From assembly GCF_004010195.1 (NCBI RefSeq), contig NC_057720.1:11212999-11276998 (forward strand): 64,000 nt of DNA, written 5' to 3'. The DNA is from Chiloscyllium plagiosum. Taxonomy: Eukaryota. The translations under genes and the position numbers were made by a program. Positions 13,143-24,085 of the stretch are shown here, piece by piece. The notes under the pieces were generated by a model. That model was not told the DNA's origin and did no database searches. It saw only the letters and a program-made list of their open reading frames with translations. How positions within the stretch are numbered: the stretch's first letter is position 1; each line of letters begins with the position of its first letter.

Positions 13143-13378
13143 AGAGAGAAGATGCTGGAAAATCTCAGCAGGTCTGGCAGCATCTGTAAGGAGAGAAAAG
13201 ATCTGACGTTTCGAGTCTAATTGACCCTTTGTCAAAGCTCAAGCTTTGACAAAGGGTCAGTTAGACTCGAAACGTCAGCTCTTTTCTCTCCTTACAGATG
13301 CTGCCAGACCTGCTGAGATTTTCCAGCATTTTCTCTTTTGGTTTCAGATTCCAGAATCCGCAGTAATTTGCTTTTATT
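13143..13378. mobile_element. Penelope-derived fold-back palindromic mini-element, family B
   Basis: ~95 bp arms meeting at 13240-13241; 16 bp TSD tgaaacaaccacagtg at 13127-13142 and 13379-13394. Confidence 0.9.
13242..13280 (+). ncRNA. Minimal type I hammerhead ribozyme motif, U3-A8 core variant
   Basis: AGCU-UUGACAA-A-GGGUC(AGUUA)GACUC-GAAAC-GUC-AGCU; stem I and II pair; mirror copy on - strand at 13201-13239. Confidence 0.78.
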
Positions 13379-13455
13379 TGAAACAACCACAGTGTTGGGA
13401 ATTAGGGAGTTCCGGGATTTGACCCAGTAATGATAATGGAATGACCAATATTTGT

Positions 13456-13546
13456 TCCTGATGAAGGGCTTTTGCCCAAAATGTTGATTTTACTGCTCCT
13501 CGGATGCTGCCTGAACTGCTGTGCTCTTCCAGCAACACTAATCCAG
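13456..13546 (+). mobile_element. Short PLE 3' fragment starting at a decayed hammerhead
   Basis: cctgatgaagggcttttgcccaaaatgtt...gatgctgcctga; flanked by aatatttgt repeat. Confidence 0.75.
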
Positions 13547-13574
13547 AATATTTGTCCAAGTCTGGAAATCCTAC

Positions 13575-13762
13575 TTATCTCCACTTCTTCATTTTAATTT
13601 GCTCCTTTACAACATTTCTTAAAAACCTCCCGCTTTGACTAAGCTCTGGGTCATCCACCCCTAATGTGGGTTGCCATCATACTTCATTTTGTAATACTCC
13701 CGTGTAGTACTTCTTTTCATATTTCATTCTGTAAAAGGTACTATACAAATAGATATTGTTGT
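13575..13762 (+). mobile_element. L2-like LINE 3' tail
   Basis: cttaaaaacctcccgctttgactaagct...aaaggtactatacaaatagatattgttgt. Confidence 0.55.
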
Positions 13763-14099
13763 GGTCAGGATGACATGTGACTTGGAAGGGGATTTGAAAG
13801 TAATGGACTTCCCACAAGCCATTGCTCTTGTCCTTCCAGGTGGTAGGGCGAGCAATTTCCGGGGCTGCTGTTGAGTCACAGCCTGTGGGAATCTGATCAG
13901 CGACTGCTGCCAGGGCTGTTCAACTGCAACAGCCATCACAAACAAGCCTCAGCTTGCAAGAGCAGGTGTAGCAGCAGCAGCCCATGCAGATGCTGAGATT
14001 GTGGGCTGTTACAGCTCCAGAGCAGATTGGCACATTGATAGCAGCAACCGTAGCGCTGCACATTCCCCCACCCCATTCCAGCGAGGAACTCATTATTGA

Positions 14100-14687
14100 C
14101 TTTCGGTGGGATGTTACTCATGACCCCCTATATATTAACAGCACAGAGTTTTAACGAGTGGAAAGTGTCAAGCTCCTGGCAGTGGTCATCCACAACAAGC
14201 TTCCTTGGACTCTTCATGTGGACGCACTGGTTACAAAGGCCCAACAACGCCTCTTCCTCCTCAGGCAGCTGAGGAAATTTGGCATGAAGGCGAATACCCT
14301 TGCCAACCTTTTTAGATGCGCCATCAAGAGCATTCTGTCTGGATGTGTCACTATCTGGTATGGCAACTGTACCATTTAAGATCGGAGGCGGTTACAGAGA
14401 GTGGTGAACTTGGCCCAGACAGTCACAAAGGCCAACCTGCTACCTCTCGAATACATCTACCAAGCTCGCTGTCAAGGAAAGGCCGCCAGCATTCTCAAAG
14501 ATCCATCCCACCCTGGCAATGTTTTTCTACAACCTCAGCCATCAGATAATCGCCTGTACCTGTGTTTTCATTTTTGCTGCTGTTTACCTATAATTTAATT
14601 TTCTATGCTTCTTAACTGTGTGATCTGCCTGTATTGCTCGCAAGAATGTGCCTCGGTACACGTGACAATAAATTCGATTCAATTCAA
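14100..14687 (+). mobile_element. Rex1/Babar LINE 3' fragment
   Basis: KAQQRLFLLRQLRKFG...FRCAIKSILSGCVTIWYGNC, ILKDPSHPG; aataaattcgattcaattcaat tail. Confidence 0.9.
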
Positions 14688-14844
14688 TCGCCACTTTGAA
14701 ACCAATCCTTTTGTCATCTATCCTGGCATGTCCTCTGTCACCCAGTGCCCAAATTCCTGTCTAATTGACAGATTCAGATTACTTCATGATATTTCACCTT
14801 GTTAGAGACACAATTTAAATGCAAGCTTTTTAAAAAAAAATATA

Positions 14845-15150
14845 TATTTTTCTTTTTTTTCATTTTCTTTTTTTTCTTTTTTCTTTTTTCTTTCTTTTAA
14901 AGAAAGGAAACACCCAAGTGGCCAGTGACAAGTAATGCCCTTCATTTCAAATGCCACAATGCTTTGTGATCAAAAATGTGAAGGGGGAATCCCCTGTTTA
15001 TTTTCTTTTCCCTTTTTTTTGTGTGTGTGCAGGTGTGAGACACAGTGAGAGACACAAAGTACATGAATCTTTATTCGATTTCCACCACCAGAAAGATAGG
15101 AAAACATCTGGGTGGCCAGTGACAAGCAGTGCCCTTCACATCAAAGGGTA
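14845..15150 (-). mobile_element. Poly(A)-tailed non-LTR 3' ends (L1/Tx1-like), two partial copies
   Basis: T-rich tract 14847-14898; gtggccagtgacaag..gcccttca repeated at 14918 and 15112; related copy at 41670-41790. Confidence 0.5.
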
Positions 15151-15170
15151 ACGTTGTGTGAAGCAACAAG

Positions 15171-15880
15171 CTTTTTTTTATTCAGTCGTGGGATGTGGGT
15201 GTCACTGGCTAAGCCAGCACTTATCGACCCTCCCAAATTGTCAAAAGGGTAGTTAAGAGTCAATCACAATGCTGGTGGTCTGGACGTACATGAGACAGCT
15301 CTCCCAATATTGGCACTAACCCCCAGATGTTAGTGAGGAGGACTTTGCAGGGTCAACAGGGCTATTTTTGGCATTGTCTTTTCTGGTTTCATTCCTTTGA
15401 GACTTTGAGGCAGTTGGTACGACTGAATAGTCTGCTAGGCCATTTTGGAGGGCAGTTGCTGGAGTCATATGTAGGCCAGGCCAGGCATGCATGGCAGTTT
15501 TATTCCCTGAAGGACATTAGTGGATCAGATGTGCTTTTCCAAACAATTCATACATGGTCATCATTACAGCCTTAATTCCAGATACTTACTGAATTGAAAT
15601 TCCACCATCTGCCATGGTGGGATTTGAACTCAGAATCCAGAGCAATAGTTGAGTTTCTGTATTAATAATCTCGTGATAATACCTTTGAGGAGAAAGTGAG
15701 GACTGCAGATGCTGGAGATCAGAGCTGAAAATGTGTTGCTGGAAAAGCGCAGCAGGTCAGGCAGCATCCAAGGAGCAGGAGAATCGACCCGAAACGTCGA
15801 ATCTCCTGCTCCTTGGATGCTGCCTGACCTGCTGCGCTTTTTCACATTTTCAGCTCGTGATAATACCACCAAGCCTTGCC
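15171..15880 (-). mobile_element. tRNA-headed element chimera: head + LINE 5' UTR + ORF2 start + SINE tail
   Basis: Minus strand reads head, body, CKVLLTNIWGLVPILGELSH (15290-15349), then SINE body end and tail; PLE palindrome inserted in the head. Confidence 0.8.
15684..15853. mobile_element. PLE family A fold-back mini-element
   Basis: Inverted arms joined at 15788-15796; 14 bp TSD ctcgtgataatacc at 15670-15683 and 15854-15867. Confidence 0.9.
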
Positions 15881-15936
15881 ACCAGTTGTTGGTACTGTAA
15901 AAGCTGGGTTAGACTTGCAGTAACACAGCTTGGTAC

Positions 15937-16022
15937 TGCCTGATGAAGGAGCAGCGCTCAAAAACTAGTGCTTCCAAATAAACCTGTTGGTCTATAACCT
16001 GGTGTTGTGTGATTTTTAACTT
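15937..16022 (+). mobile_element. PLE-like family C 3' fragment starting at hammerhead motif
   Basis: cctgatgaaggagcagcgctcaaaaacta...aataaacctgttggtctataacctggtgttg; same family as 20526-20935 and 58758-58912. Confidence 0.7.
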
Positions 16023-16041
16023 GGTCTCATCAAGGCCTCAT

Positions 16042-16175
16042 CCCTAATGAAGAGCTTTTGCCTGAAATGTCAATTTTCCTGCTCCTCGGATGCTGCCTGA
16101 ACTGTTGTGCTTTCCCAGCACTATTCTGATCTTGACTCTAATCTCCAGCATCGGCATTACCCACTTCTTTCTAGT
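16042..16175 (+). mobile_element. PLE family A-like 3' fragment
   Basis: Decayed hammerhead cctaatgaagagcttttgcctgaaatgtc followed by ggatgctgcctga...ctccagcatc. Confidence 0.75.
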
Positions 16176-17088
16176 AACTCAGCTCGGCCTGGCCATTGGC
16201 ACAGATGAGATAGCCTATGGCTGCCTCATCTCCTTCCGATCAGATCCAGACCCTGTGGTACATGACAGGGCAGCTAGCTAAAAGTGGCATTTCCATGGGA
16301 CAACATCTGAGATATTGTATCATGTTGGCCATCTATAGCTTATTCTCTCCTGCATATAGAAAATATCATCGAAGACCACATTTAAAATTCAATTTAATCT
16401 TGTTTGCTCAATGTGTACAAAAGATGGCTATGGAGAGTGGAAAACAATGAATAACATGAAGACACCAATAAATAATAGATGCCATCTATTAGTCAATGAA
16501 GTGACACACACATAAATATATATATAAACATTAAATTAAAAAATGTGCATTGTCTCTCATTACGCACATATATATTACGCACATTAACAGTTTAAAGCAA
16601 AGGAAATCCAAGAGCAGAATTTTTTGAGTACAAATATTTGAGGGTGGCAGGGAAGGTTAACTAAGCTTTTAATAAAACATGTTGGACCCTGATGTTTATA
16701 AGTGGAGGCATAGAGTACGAAATGCATAAGTTAAATGAAAACCGACCTATAGCATTCAGTCAGATCCCATTGGAATACTGAGCAGGATTTCAGCCGGGGG
16801 CAGGGTTTGGACAACTCCTTCTCTAGAGAAGGTCCATCTGTGTTAACCACGAGAATGATTTTTCTCAATGTGGTCTAGAAAACCCTTTAATCACCAGACC
16901 ACCCTGACTAGGAGTGTCCTTTTCTTCATGGACATTCTGTGGTCCTCTGCTGTTGTGGCTGTCAAGTTTGGACCTCCTATTGGCCTTACGACATCGAGTT
17001 AGCCTTCCCTCCTTAATCAAACAGCGAGCCCATACTCTGGCTGATAATTGGCTATCCCAGGGAAGGTCACGATGAGGAACTTTTTCCC

Positions 17089-17320
17089 TGGCAGTTTCCT
17101 TCCCTGAAGGACATTAGTGGATCAGATGTGCTTTTCCAAACAATTCATACATGGTCATCATTACAGCCTTAATTCCAGATACTTACTGAATTGAAATTCC
17201 ACCATCTGCCATGGTGGGATTTGAACTCAGAATCCAGAGCAATAGTTGAGTTTCTGTGTTAATAGTCTCGTGATAATACCTTCGAGGAGAAAGTGGGGGC
17301 TGCAGATGCTGGAGATCAGA
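17089..17320 (+). repeat. Local duplication of 15492-15723
   Basis: ~232 bp, about 7 mismatches by eye, includes the SINE/PLE junction. Confidence 0.92.
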
Positions 17321-17385
17321 AGGTCAGAGGCTAGGATAGAGCTCCAGGTTTCTCATCGGTAGTGAACTGGAACTGCTTGAAGTAC

Positions 17386-17682
17386 TGGCACAGCGGCTTC
17401 ACAGCTGCGTTCGATCCCAGGCGACTGTGTGGAGTTTGCATGTTCTCCTCGTGTCTGTGTGGGTTTCCTCCAGGTGCTCCGGTTTCATCAAACAGTCCAA
17501 ACATGTGCAGGTTAGGTGCATAGGCCATGCTAAATTGATCATAGTATCCAAGGATGTGCAGGTTAGATGCATTGGCCATGGACACATAGAGTGGGAGGCT
17601 GGCTCTGGGTGGGATGCTCTTCAGAAGGTCAGTGGAGACTCAATGGACTGAACAGCCTCTTTCTGGATTGTAGGGATTCTAA
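17386..17682 (+). mobile_element. HE1-type V-SINE
   Basis: V-domain and tail; degraded tRNA head. Confidence 0.85.
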
Positions 17683-18694
17683 GCACCTGCTTACTGAATA
17701 GATGAGGAACCAGGAAGCAGTAAAGAGGGATGCGCGAGATAGGTAAGGGGGCAATCGAAGTGAGGGCTGGAGAGACTAACCACTCCTGAAATAATCAGGA
17801 CGGAATTCCTGAGCTGGGCCTTCTAACTAGCATGACTCAGCACGTGTCGACCAGTGTCTGCAAGCACATCTCTGTCCTATATTCACTCCCTTCAAGTGAA
17901 AATCACACAATTTGAAGCATGTTTTTATCAGAGCTGAGAGTAAGAAACTTCCCCACTTGAACTAGTGAGATTAGTAGCTAAAATCCAGCCCATACATATT
18001 TCGTCTAACCTGGCTGTTATACGCTGCCAACACTAAAGAGCCAGTCCTTCATCTTCAGTGCTCAAGGTAGTACAAAGCTTGCCAGCTACACTTGGAATCA
18101 AGTCTTTCTTGCCTCAATATCACTCCAATTCATTTTCAAGTGCAAATCTGTGGGAAAGCCAGGGGGAGTGGGAGGGTTACATGAATGGGCAAGGGGTAAA
18201 GGGGTGTTCGGGATGACGACATGGGCAATATATGTTGGCCTTGCGAACTATGGCACATCCCAAGAAAGAGTAAACAAAGACACCAAGTATAACATTCACA
18301 GTGAACTATCCTAATTTTAAAACATATGCAGAAACGTGAAGTTCCCACCCCATAAATAAATAAAAATGAATTTACTTATAAAGGGTTAACATTGTAGATG
18401 TATATCCTTCAAGGGCATAAAGAATAAATTCAGCAAATAGGTTTGTCTGCATGAACTTCTGTCAGAGTTTGACTGACAGCTCACTGCATCACAATTGGAC
18501 CCATGGGTATCACAGTTGTCAAGTTGTTGTCTTAACATCATGTGTGATGCATCCTTCAACAGAATGGTAACATACTTTCCAGACACAAGTCATCTAGGAC
18601 AATGTATCTTGTATGAGTTTACTTTCTGGTTGTCTGTGGCTTGAGTAAATAATGGCAAGGAGTGTGGTAAAGAGCTACGTTGTTCGGGTGGCTT

Positions 18695-20525
18695 AATTTT
18701 ATTCATTTGTGCAATGTGGGCATCTTTGGATGGCCCAAAATATTTTGCCCATCCCAAGTGCCCTTGAGAAGGTGATGGCGAGTTGCCTTCTTGACCCACA
18801 ATGCCATTAGGGAGGGTATGCCAGGATTTTGACCAAACGACAGTGAAGGAATGCTGACATATTTCCACATCAGGATGGTGAGTGGCTTGGAGGGGAACCT
18901 GAAGGCAGTGGTGTTCCAATGTACCTGCTGCCCTTATCCTTCTGGATGGAAATGGTCGTGGGTTCAGAAGTTGCTGTCTGAGGATCCTTGGTGAATTTAT
19001 GCAGTACATCTTGTAGATAGTACACAATGCTGCTACTGAGCGTCAGTGATGGATGGAGTGGATGTTTGTGGATGTGGTGCCAATCAGGCAGGTTGCTTTG
19101 TCCTGGATGGTGTCAAGCTTCTTGAGTGTTGTTGGAGCTGCACCCATCCAGGCAAGTGAGGAGTATTCCATTACACTCCTGATTTGTGCCTTGCAGATGG
19201 TGGACAGGCTTTGAGGAATGGAGGTGTGTTACTCACGTCTGTATTCTTAAGCTTGTGACCTACACTTGTAGCCACTGTGTTTATGTGGTGAATCCAGTTG
19301 AATTTCTCGTCAATGGTAATCCGCAGGATATTGATAGTGGGAGATTCCATAATGATAATATCATTAAATGTCAAGGGGAGGGGGTTAGATTGTCTCTTAA
19401 TAGTGATGGTCATTCCCTGCTGTTTGTGTGGTGTAAATGTTACTTGCCACTTGTCAGTCCAAGCCTGGATATTTTCCAGATCTTTTTGCATTTGAACATG
19501 GACTGCTTCAGTAGCTAAGGAGTCGTGAATGGTGCTTAACTTTGTGCAATCATCAGTGAACATCTCCATTTCTGACTTTATGATGGAGGGAAAGTTATTG
19601 ATGAAGCAGCTGAAGATCGATGGGCTGAGGACACTACTCCCAGGAACTCCTGTAGACACGTCCTGGAGCTGAGCTGACTGACCTCCAGTCACCAAGACCA
19701 TCTTCCTACATGCCAGGTATGACTCCAACTAGCAAAGAGTTTGTCATTGATTCACACTGATTCCAGTTTAACAAAGGCTCCTTGATGCTACACTTAGTCG
19801 AATGCAGCCATAATGTCAAGAGCTGTCACTGTCACCTCACCTCTGGACTTCAACTATTTTGTCCATGCTTGAACCAAGGCTGTAATGAGGTCAGGAGTTG
19901 AATGGGCCTGGTGGAACCCAAACTGGGCGTCACTGAGCAGCTGCTGCTTGATGGCATTGCTGATGACACCCTCCATCACTTTACTGATGCTCAAGGGTAG
20001 AACAATGGGGCGGTAACTGACCAGGCTACAATTGTTCTGCTTTTTATGTACATATCTGGGCAATTTTCCACATTGTTGGTTAAATGCCTGTATTGTCACT
20101 GATTTGGAAGAGCTTGGCTAGGGGAATAACATATTCTGGAGCACAAGTCTTCAGTGCTATTGCCGGAATGTTGTCAGGGCCCGTAGCCTTTTCAGTATCC
20201 AGTTTCTCCACCCATTTGTTGATATTACACAGAATGAATTGAATTGGCTGAAGACTGGTATCTGTAATACTGGGGGACCAATGAAGGGGGCTAAGATGGA
20301 TCATGCACTTCGCACTTCTGGCTGACGATTGCTGCTAATGCTTCAGCCTTACGTTTTGCGCTGATGTACTGGGCTCTTCTGTCATTGAGGATGGGGATAT
20401 TTGTGGAGCCTCCTCCTCCAGTGAGTTGTTTAGTTACCCACCACCGTTCATGACCGGACGTGGCAGGACTGCAGAGCTTAGATCTGTTCCATTCATTCTG
20501 GGATCTCTATGCTCTATCACTCGCT
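18695..20525 (-). mobile_element. Second-lineage CR1-group LINE, RT to 3' tail
   Basis: KATGPDNIPAIALK, YRPIVL, AQFGF, GVPGSSVLSPSIF, FTDD in ORFs 20080..20304, 19854..20099, 19171..19728; tail gggatgggc...cccacat..aatgaata. Confidence 0.9.
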
Positions 20526-20935
20526 ATGATGTGGAGGAGCCGGTGTTGGACTGGGGCGGACAAAGTTAAGCATCACACAACACCAAGTTATAGTCCAACA
20601 GGTTTATTTGGAAGTACTAGCTTTCAGCGCGCTGCTCTTTCATCAGGTAACTAGTGGAGCAGGATCATAAGACCCAGAATTTATAGTTAAACATCACGGT
20701 GTCATGCAATTAAACCAATATATTGAACAAACCTAGATTGCGGTTATGTCTTTCCTCTTTTAGGATGAGTCACAGGTTTCGGTTCCTTAATATGTCAATC
20801 CCAGAATTTCTTTTAAGTCACATTCCTGAGATAACTTAAGGTTTTATAAAAAGAAGTGACATCTCCGCTCCAACAATGTGACTTCTTTCATAAAACCTTA
20901 AGTTATCTCGAGAATGTGACTTCAAGGAAGTTCTG
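20526..20935 (-). mobile_element. PLE-like family C element with 5' fold-back
   Basis: Hammerhead motif at 20615-20649 (-); ~60 bp inverted arms 20802-20862 / 20876-20935; no TSD seen. Confidence 0.7.
20615..20649 (-). ncRNA. Minimal hammerhead motif, AGCU helix III type (stem II decayed)
   Basis: UAC-CUGAUGA-A-AGAGC(AGC)GCGCU-GAAA-GC-UA-GUA. Confidence 0.6.
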
Positions 20936-20939
20936 AATG

Positions 20940-21256
20940 GACAGCTTTCCTTTCCTAAATGGCATTAGTGAGCCAGATGGGTTTTTCCCAGCAATCAACA
21001 ACGTTCACCATTAAACACTAAATTCCAGATTCTTTATAGAATTCCAATTCCACCACTTGCCATGACTGGATTTGAATCAACAAGGTAAAAACAATGACTG
21101 CAGATGCTGGAAACCAGATTCTGGATCAATGGTGCTGGAAGAGCACAGCAATTCAGGCAGCATCGAGGAGCTTCAGCAAAACCAGGGCCCCCCAACACAT
21201 TATCGGAGTTTCTAGATGAAGAGCTTAGCGATAATATCACTAGGCCATTGCTTCCC
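20940..21256 (-). mobile_element. tRNA-like head and body of the second-lineage LINE/SINE
   Basis: Minus strand gggaagcaatggcctagtg A-box, gattcaaatcc B-box; interrupted by a PLE fragment at ~21082-21172. Confidence 0.75.
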
Positions 21257-21589
21257 TGAATCCACTTTATGGAGCAGGCGATTGTCAGAGTGGCTCCTGC
21301 GACGTCAACTGAGACATTGACGGCTAAATTAGTTCCAAAATGGTTGCATTATTAATGTGCCTCATGGTCAGCTCATTTCAGTTCAACTCTGCCGTGGTTG
21401 GAGGATGCCAAACACCTTGGGTTGGCTTTTACCATCTGCAAGCTTTGGTGCAAAAGTGAAATAGAGTGTGGCATCATGCACGTGGTGGTGGGCGTGAGGA
21501 TAGGAAGGAATGTGACACCATCTCCCCATCTCCAGGATTACAGACGGTGAGTGCGGGCGCACCCACCATTAATCAGCAACAAACTATTT

Positions 21590-21925
21590 AGCCTACTCTC
21601 CTCTCCCAGTCCACTGCAAATTTCCATTGCCTGCTAAAGTCTTCAAGCAGGAGCTGGGTGTAAAAGTAAATAAATATAAATAGTTCAAAAATCCTTTTCA
21701 CCCAGTGAGTAATTAGAATATGGAGTGCACAGTCTGGAAATGTGTAGGAGGCCGGTTGAATTAAGGCATTCAAGAGGGACATGGGATGATTATTTGGATA
21801 GAAATACCATGTAGGGGTTTTGGGGGAAAAGAAAGCAGGAGATGTTGATGACGCTCCTTTGAAGAGCCAGTGCAGCCACAATGGGCTGAATGGCCTCCTC
21901 CTGCACTGTAACAATTCTGTGATAG
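21590..21925 (+). mobile_element. Degraded CR1 3' end
   Basis: ttttcacccagtgagtaattagaatatgga; gggctgaatggcctcctcctgcactgtaacaattctgtgat tail. Confidence 0.7.
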
Positions 21926-21959
21926 GCTTTGCCATTGTTTACTGGCAACTGTGACCACA

Positions 21960-22083
21960 AGGAGAATCCTGCGGATGCTGGAAATCTGAAGCAAAGACAG
22001 AGATTGCTGGAGAAACTCTGGCAGCGTCTGTGGAGAGAGAAACAATTAAAGTTTCGAGTCCAGCCTGCCTCTTCTTCAGGACT
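21960..22083 (-). mobile_element. PLE family B-like 3' fragment ending at hammerhead
   Basis: Minus strand agtcctgaagaagaggcaggctggactcgaaac; actgtgacc repeated on both sides. Confidence 0.75.
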
Positions 22084-22164
22084 GTGACCCAAGGGAAGCA
22101 CAAAGCTCATTGAAAAGGTGCTGCTATCGTGCCCACAGACATGTAGCACCAGGCTCTGCTGGAA

Positions 22165-22436
22165 GGGTGGCACGGTGGCTCAGTGGTTAGCACTGCTGCC
22201 TCACAGCGCCAGGGACCCGGGTTCAATTCCTGCCTCGGCCAACTGTTTGTGTGGAGTTTGCATGTTCTCCCCATGACTGTGTGGGTTTCCTCCGGCCGTC
22301 CAAAGATGTGCAGGTTAGGTGAATTGGCCATGCTAAATTGACCATAGTGTCAGGGGTAAATATAGGGGGGTGGGTTTCTCTTTGGAGGGTTGGTGTGGAC
22401 ATGCTGGGCCAAAGGGCCTGTTTCTGCATTGTAGGT
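22165..22436 (+). mobile_element. HE1-type V-SINE
   Basis: A-box tggctcagtgg, B-box ggttcaattcc, V-domain, tail. Confidence 0.92.
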
Positions 22437-22649
22437 AATGTTGGCAGCATATACACTGTCAGGGGTGGTGTTTTTCTTGAGATGTTAAGCCAAGGCCTTT
22501 TCTGACCTCTTAATTGGACACAAAAGTTCCTTTTCAAAGAAAAAAGCAGAGTTTATCCTCATGTCCTAGTCCCTATTACCTCTCGAACACCGAAGTCTGA
22601 TCATCTAGTTCATTGCTGTTTGTGATTCGATTTGATCTGATTTCTTGTT

Positions 22650-23050
22650 GTCACGTGCAATGGGGTGGGAGGGGTCTTTGATGATGTTGGCTGCCTTTCC
22701 ACAAGAGGTGTAGATGGAGTCAGTGGATGGAGGGTTGGCTCGTGTGATGGTCTGGGCTACGTTTACAGCTCTCTGTAGTCTCTCACAGTCCTGGGCAGAG
22801 CGGTTGTCGTACCAAGCCACGATGTACCAAAATAGAATGCTTTCTGTGGTGGAGTTGGTGAAGGTCTTTATCGACATGCTGAATTTCCTTTGCCTCCTGA
22901 GGGAAGCAGAGGTTTTTGTGGTGCCTTCTTGATCATTGCATCAATGTGGGTGGTCCAGGACCGATTGTTGGGTGGTCGTCACTCCCAGGAACCTGATGCT
23001 GTCATCCCTCTCCACCTCATCTGCATTGACGTTGACAGTGGGCATGTAGA
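22650..23050 (-). mobile_element. Rex1/Babar LINE fragment
   Basis: ESILFWYIVAWYDNRSAQDCERLQRAVNVAQTIT...KAANIIKDPSHP. Confidence 0.85.
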
Positions 23051-23780
23051 CAGGGGAGATTGCTGTGGGCATTTTGGCTGCCTTGCTTCCTATTTAAAGG
23101 TGCTATTGTAATACAAGTTGTTGCTGTCCCAGAAAACAGAGCGCTCTGTAGCTTTAGGTGGTAATCGGTTCCTCTTCAACCCTGGGGCTGATCCGTTGTA
23201 CAAACTGTCGCTGATTGATGTGGGTCATATCGATTTAATGACTGATTATATTTTAAATGTGACCTGCAGAAAATCTGATGCATTGGCCATAAATCATCAG
23301 AATCGGATTAAACATTTATCAGAGTAACAGTTTATGCCTTAATTGTAACGTTGGGCTGAGAGCACATTGCACACATAAGCTCTTTCCATCCAGATTGGAC
23401 CATGGAATTAATATATGCAACTAGGCCAGGATTGCAGTTAGTTCCATAAGCTATTTTTAATGCCTCACATACATTTCAATTAGGATGATTTATGATGGGG
23501 GGGGGTCACAATGGCAATCATTACTGTACAAAAGCCTATTTAAAATATAATTCTATAATACAGCCTTTCATATTAAAATGATTAATTTCAAGTCAGTTGA
23601 CTGCTTTACAATAAAAGTGGTTTAACCCCCTGTCTCCACGTGATACCGCATTTTGGGGGTTACATCTCTCTTTCTTTTATATTCCCATCGTGGGCGTTCC
23701 CAAATTCAGAAATCCTAGTTGGCATGGTCTCCATGAGACCCCATTAAAATGAAAGCCTGCCATGCATATTACATAAAGAG

Positions 23781-23934
23781 GAGAAAGTGAGGACTGCAGA
23801 TGCTGGAGATCAGAAAAATGTGTTGCTGGAAAAGCGCAGCAGGTCAGGCAGCAGGGCTTATGCCCGAAACGTCGATACTCCTGTTCCTTGGATGCTGCCT
23901 GACCTTCTGCGCTTTTCCAGCAACACATTTTTCA
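23781..23934. mobile_element. PLE family A fold-back mini-element
   Basis: Inverted arms joined at ~23853; 17 bp TSD gcatattacataaagag at 23764-23780 and 23935-23951. Confidence 0.9.
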
Positions 23935-24085
23935 GCATATTACATAAAGAGCAGACTTTTTCCACCGCACCATGTCTTTAGGGGCACTCAACACATCATA
24001 GTACCTTGTGAATGGAAGGAGGCCATCAGCCCCATTGGTGAAGCTAAGGCAGAGCCATTTCATTAGTTCCATGTCCCTGAAAAAG

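Noticed and set aside
16780..17990. Possible Harbinger-like TIR pair (gagcaggatttc / aaaatccagccc)
   Set aside because: Only 9 of 12 matches and no clear TSD
22165..22235. tRNA-like sequences with A and B boxes
   Set aside because: They are SINE heads continuing into V-domain or SINE bodies, not tRNA genes
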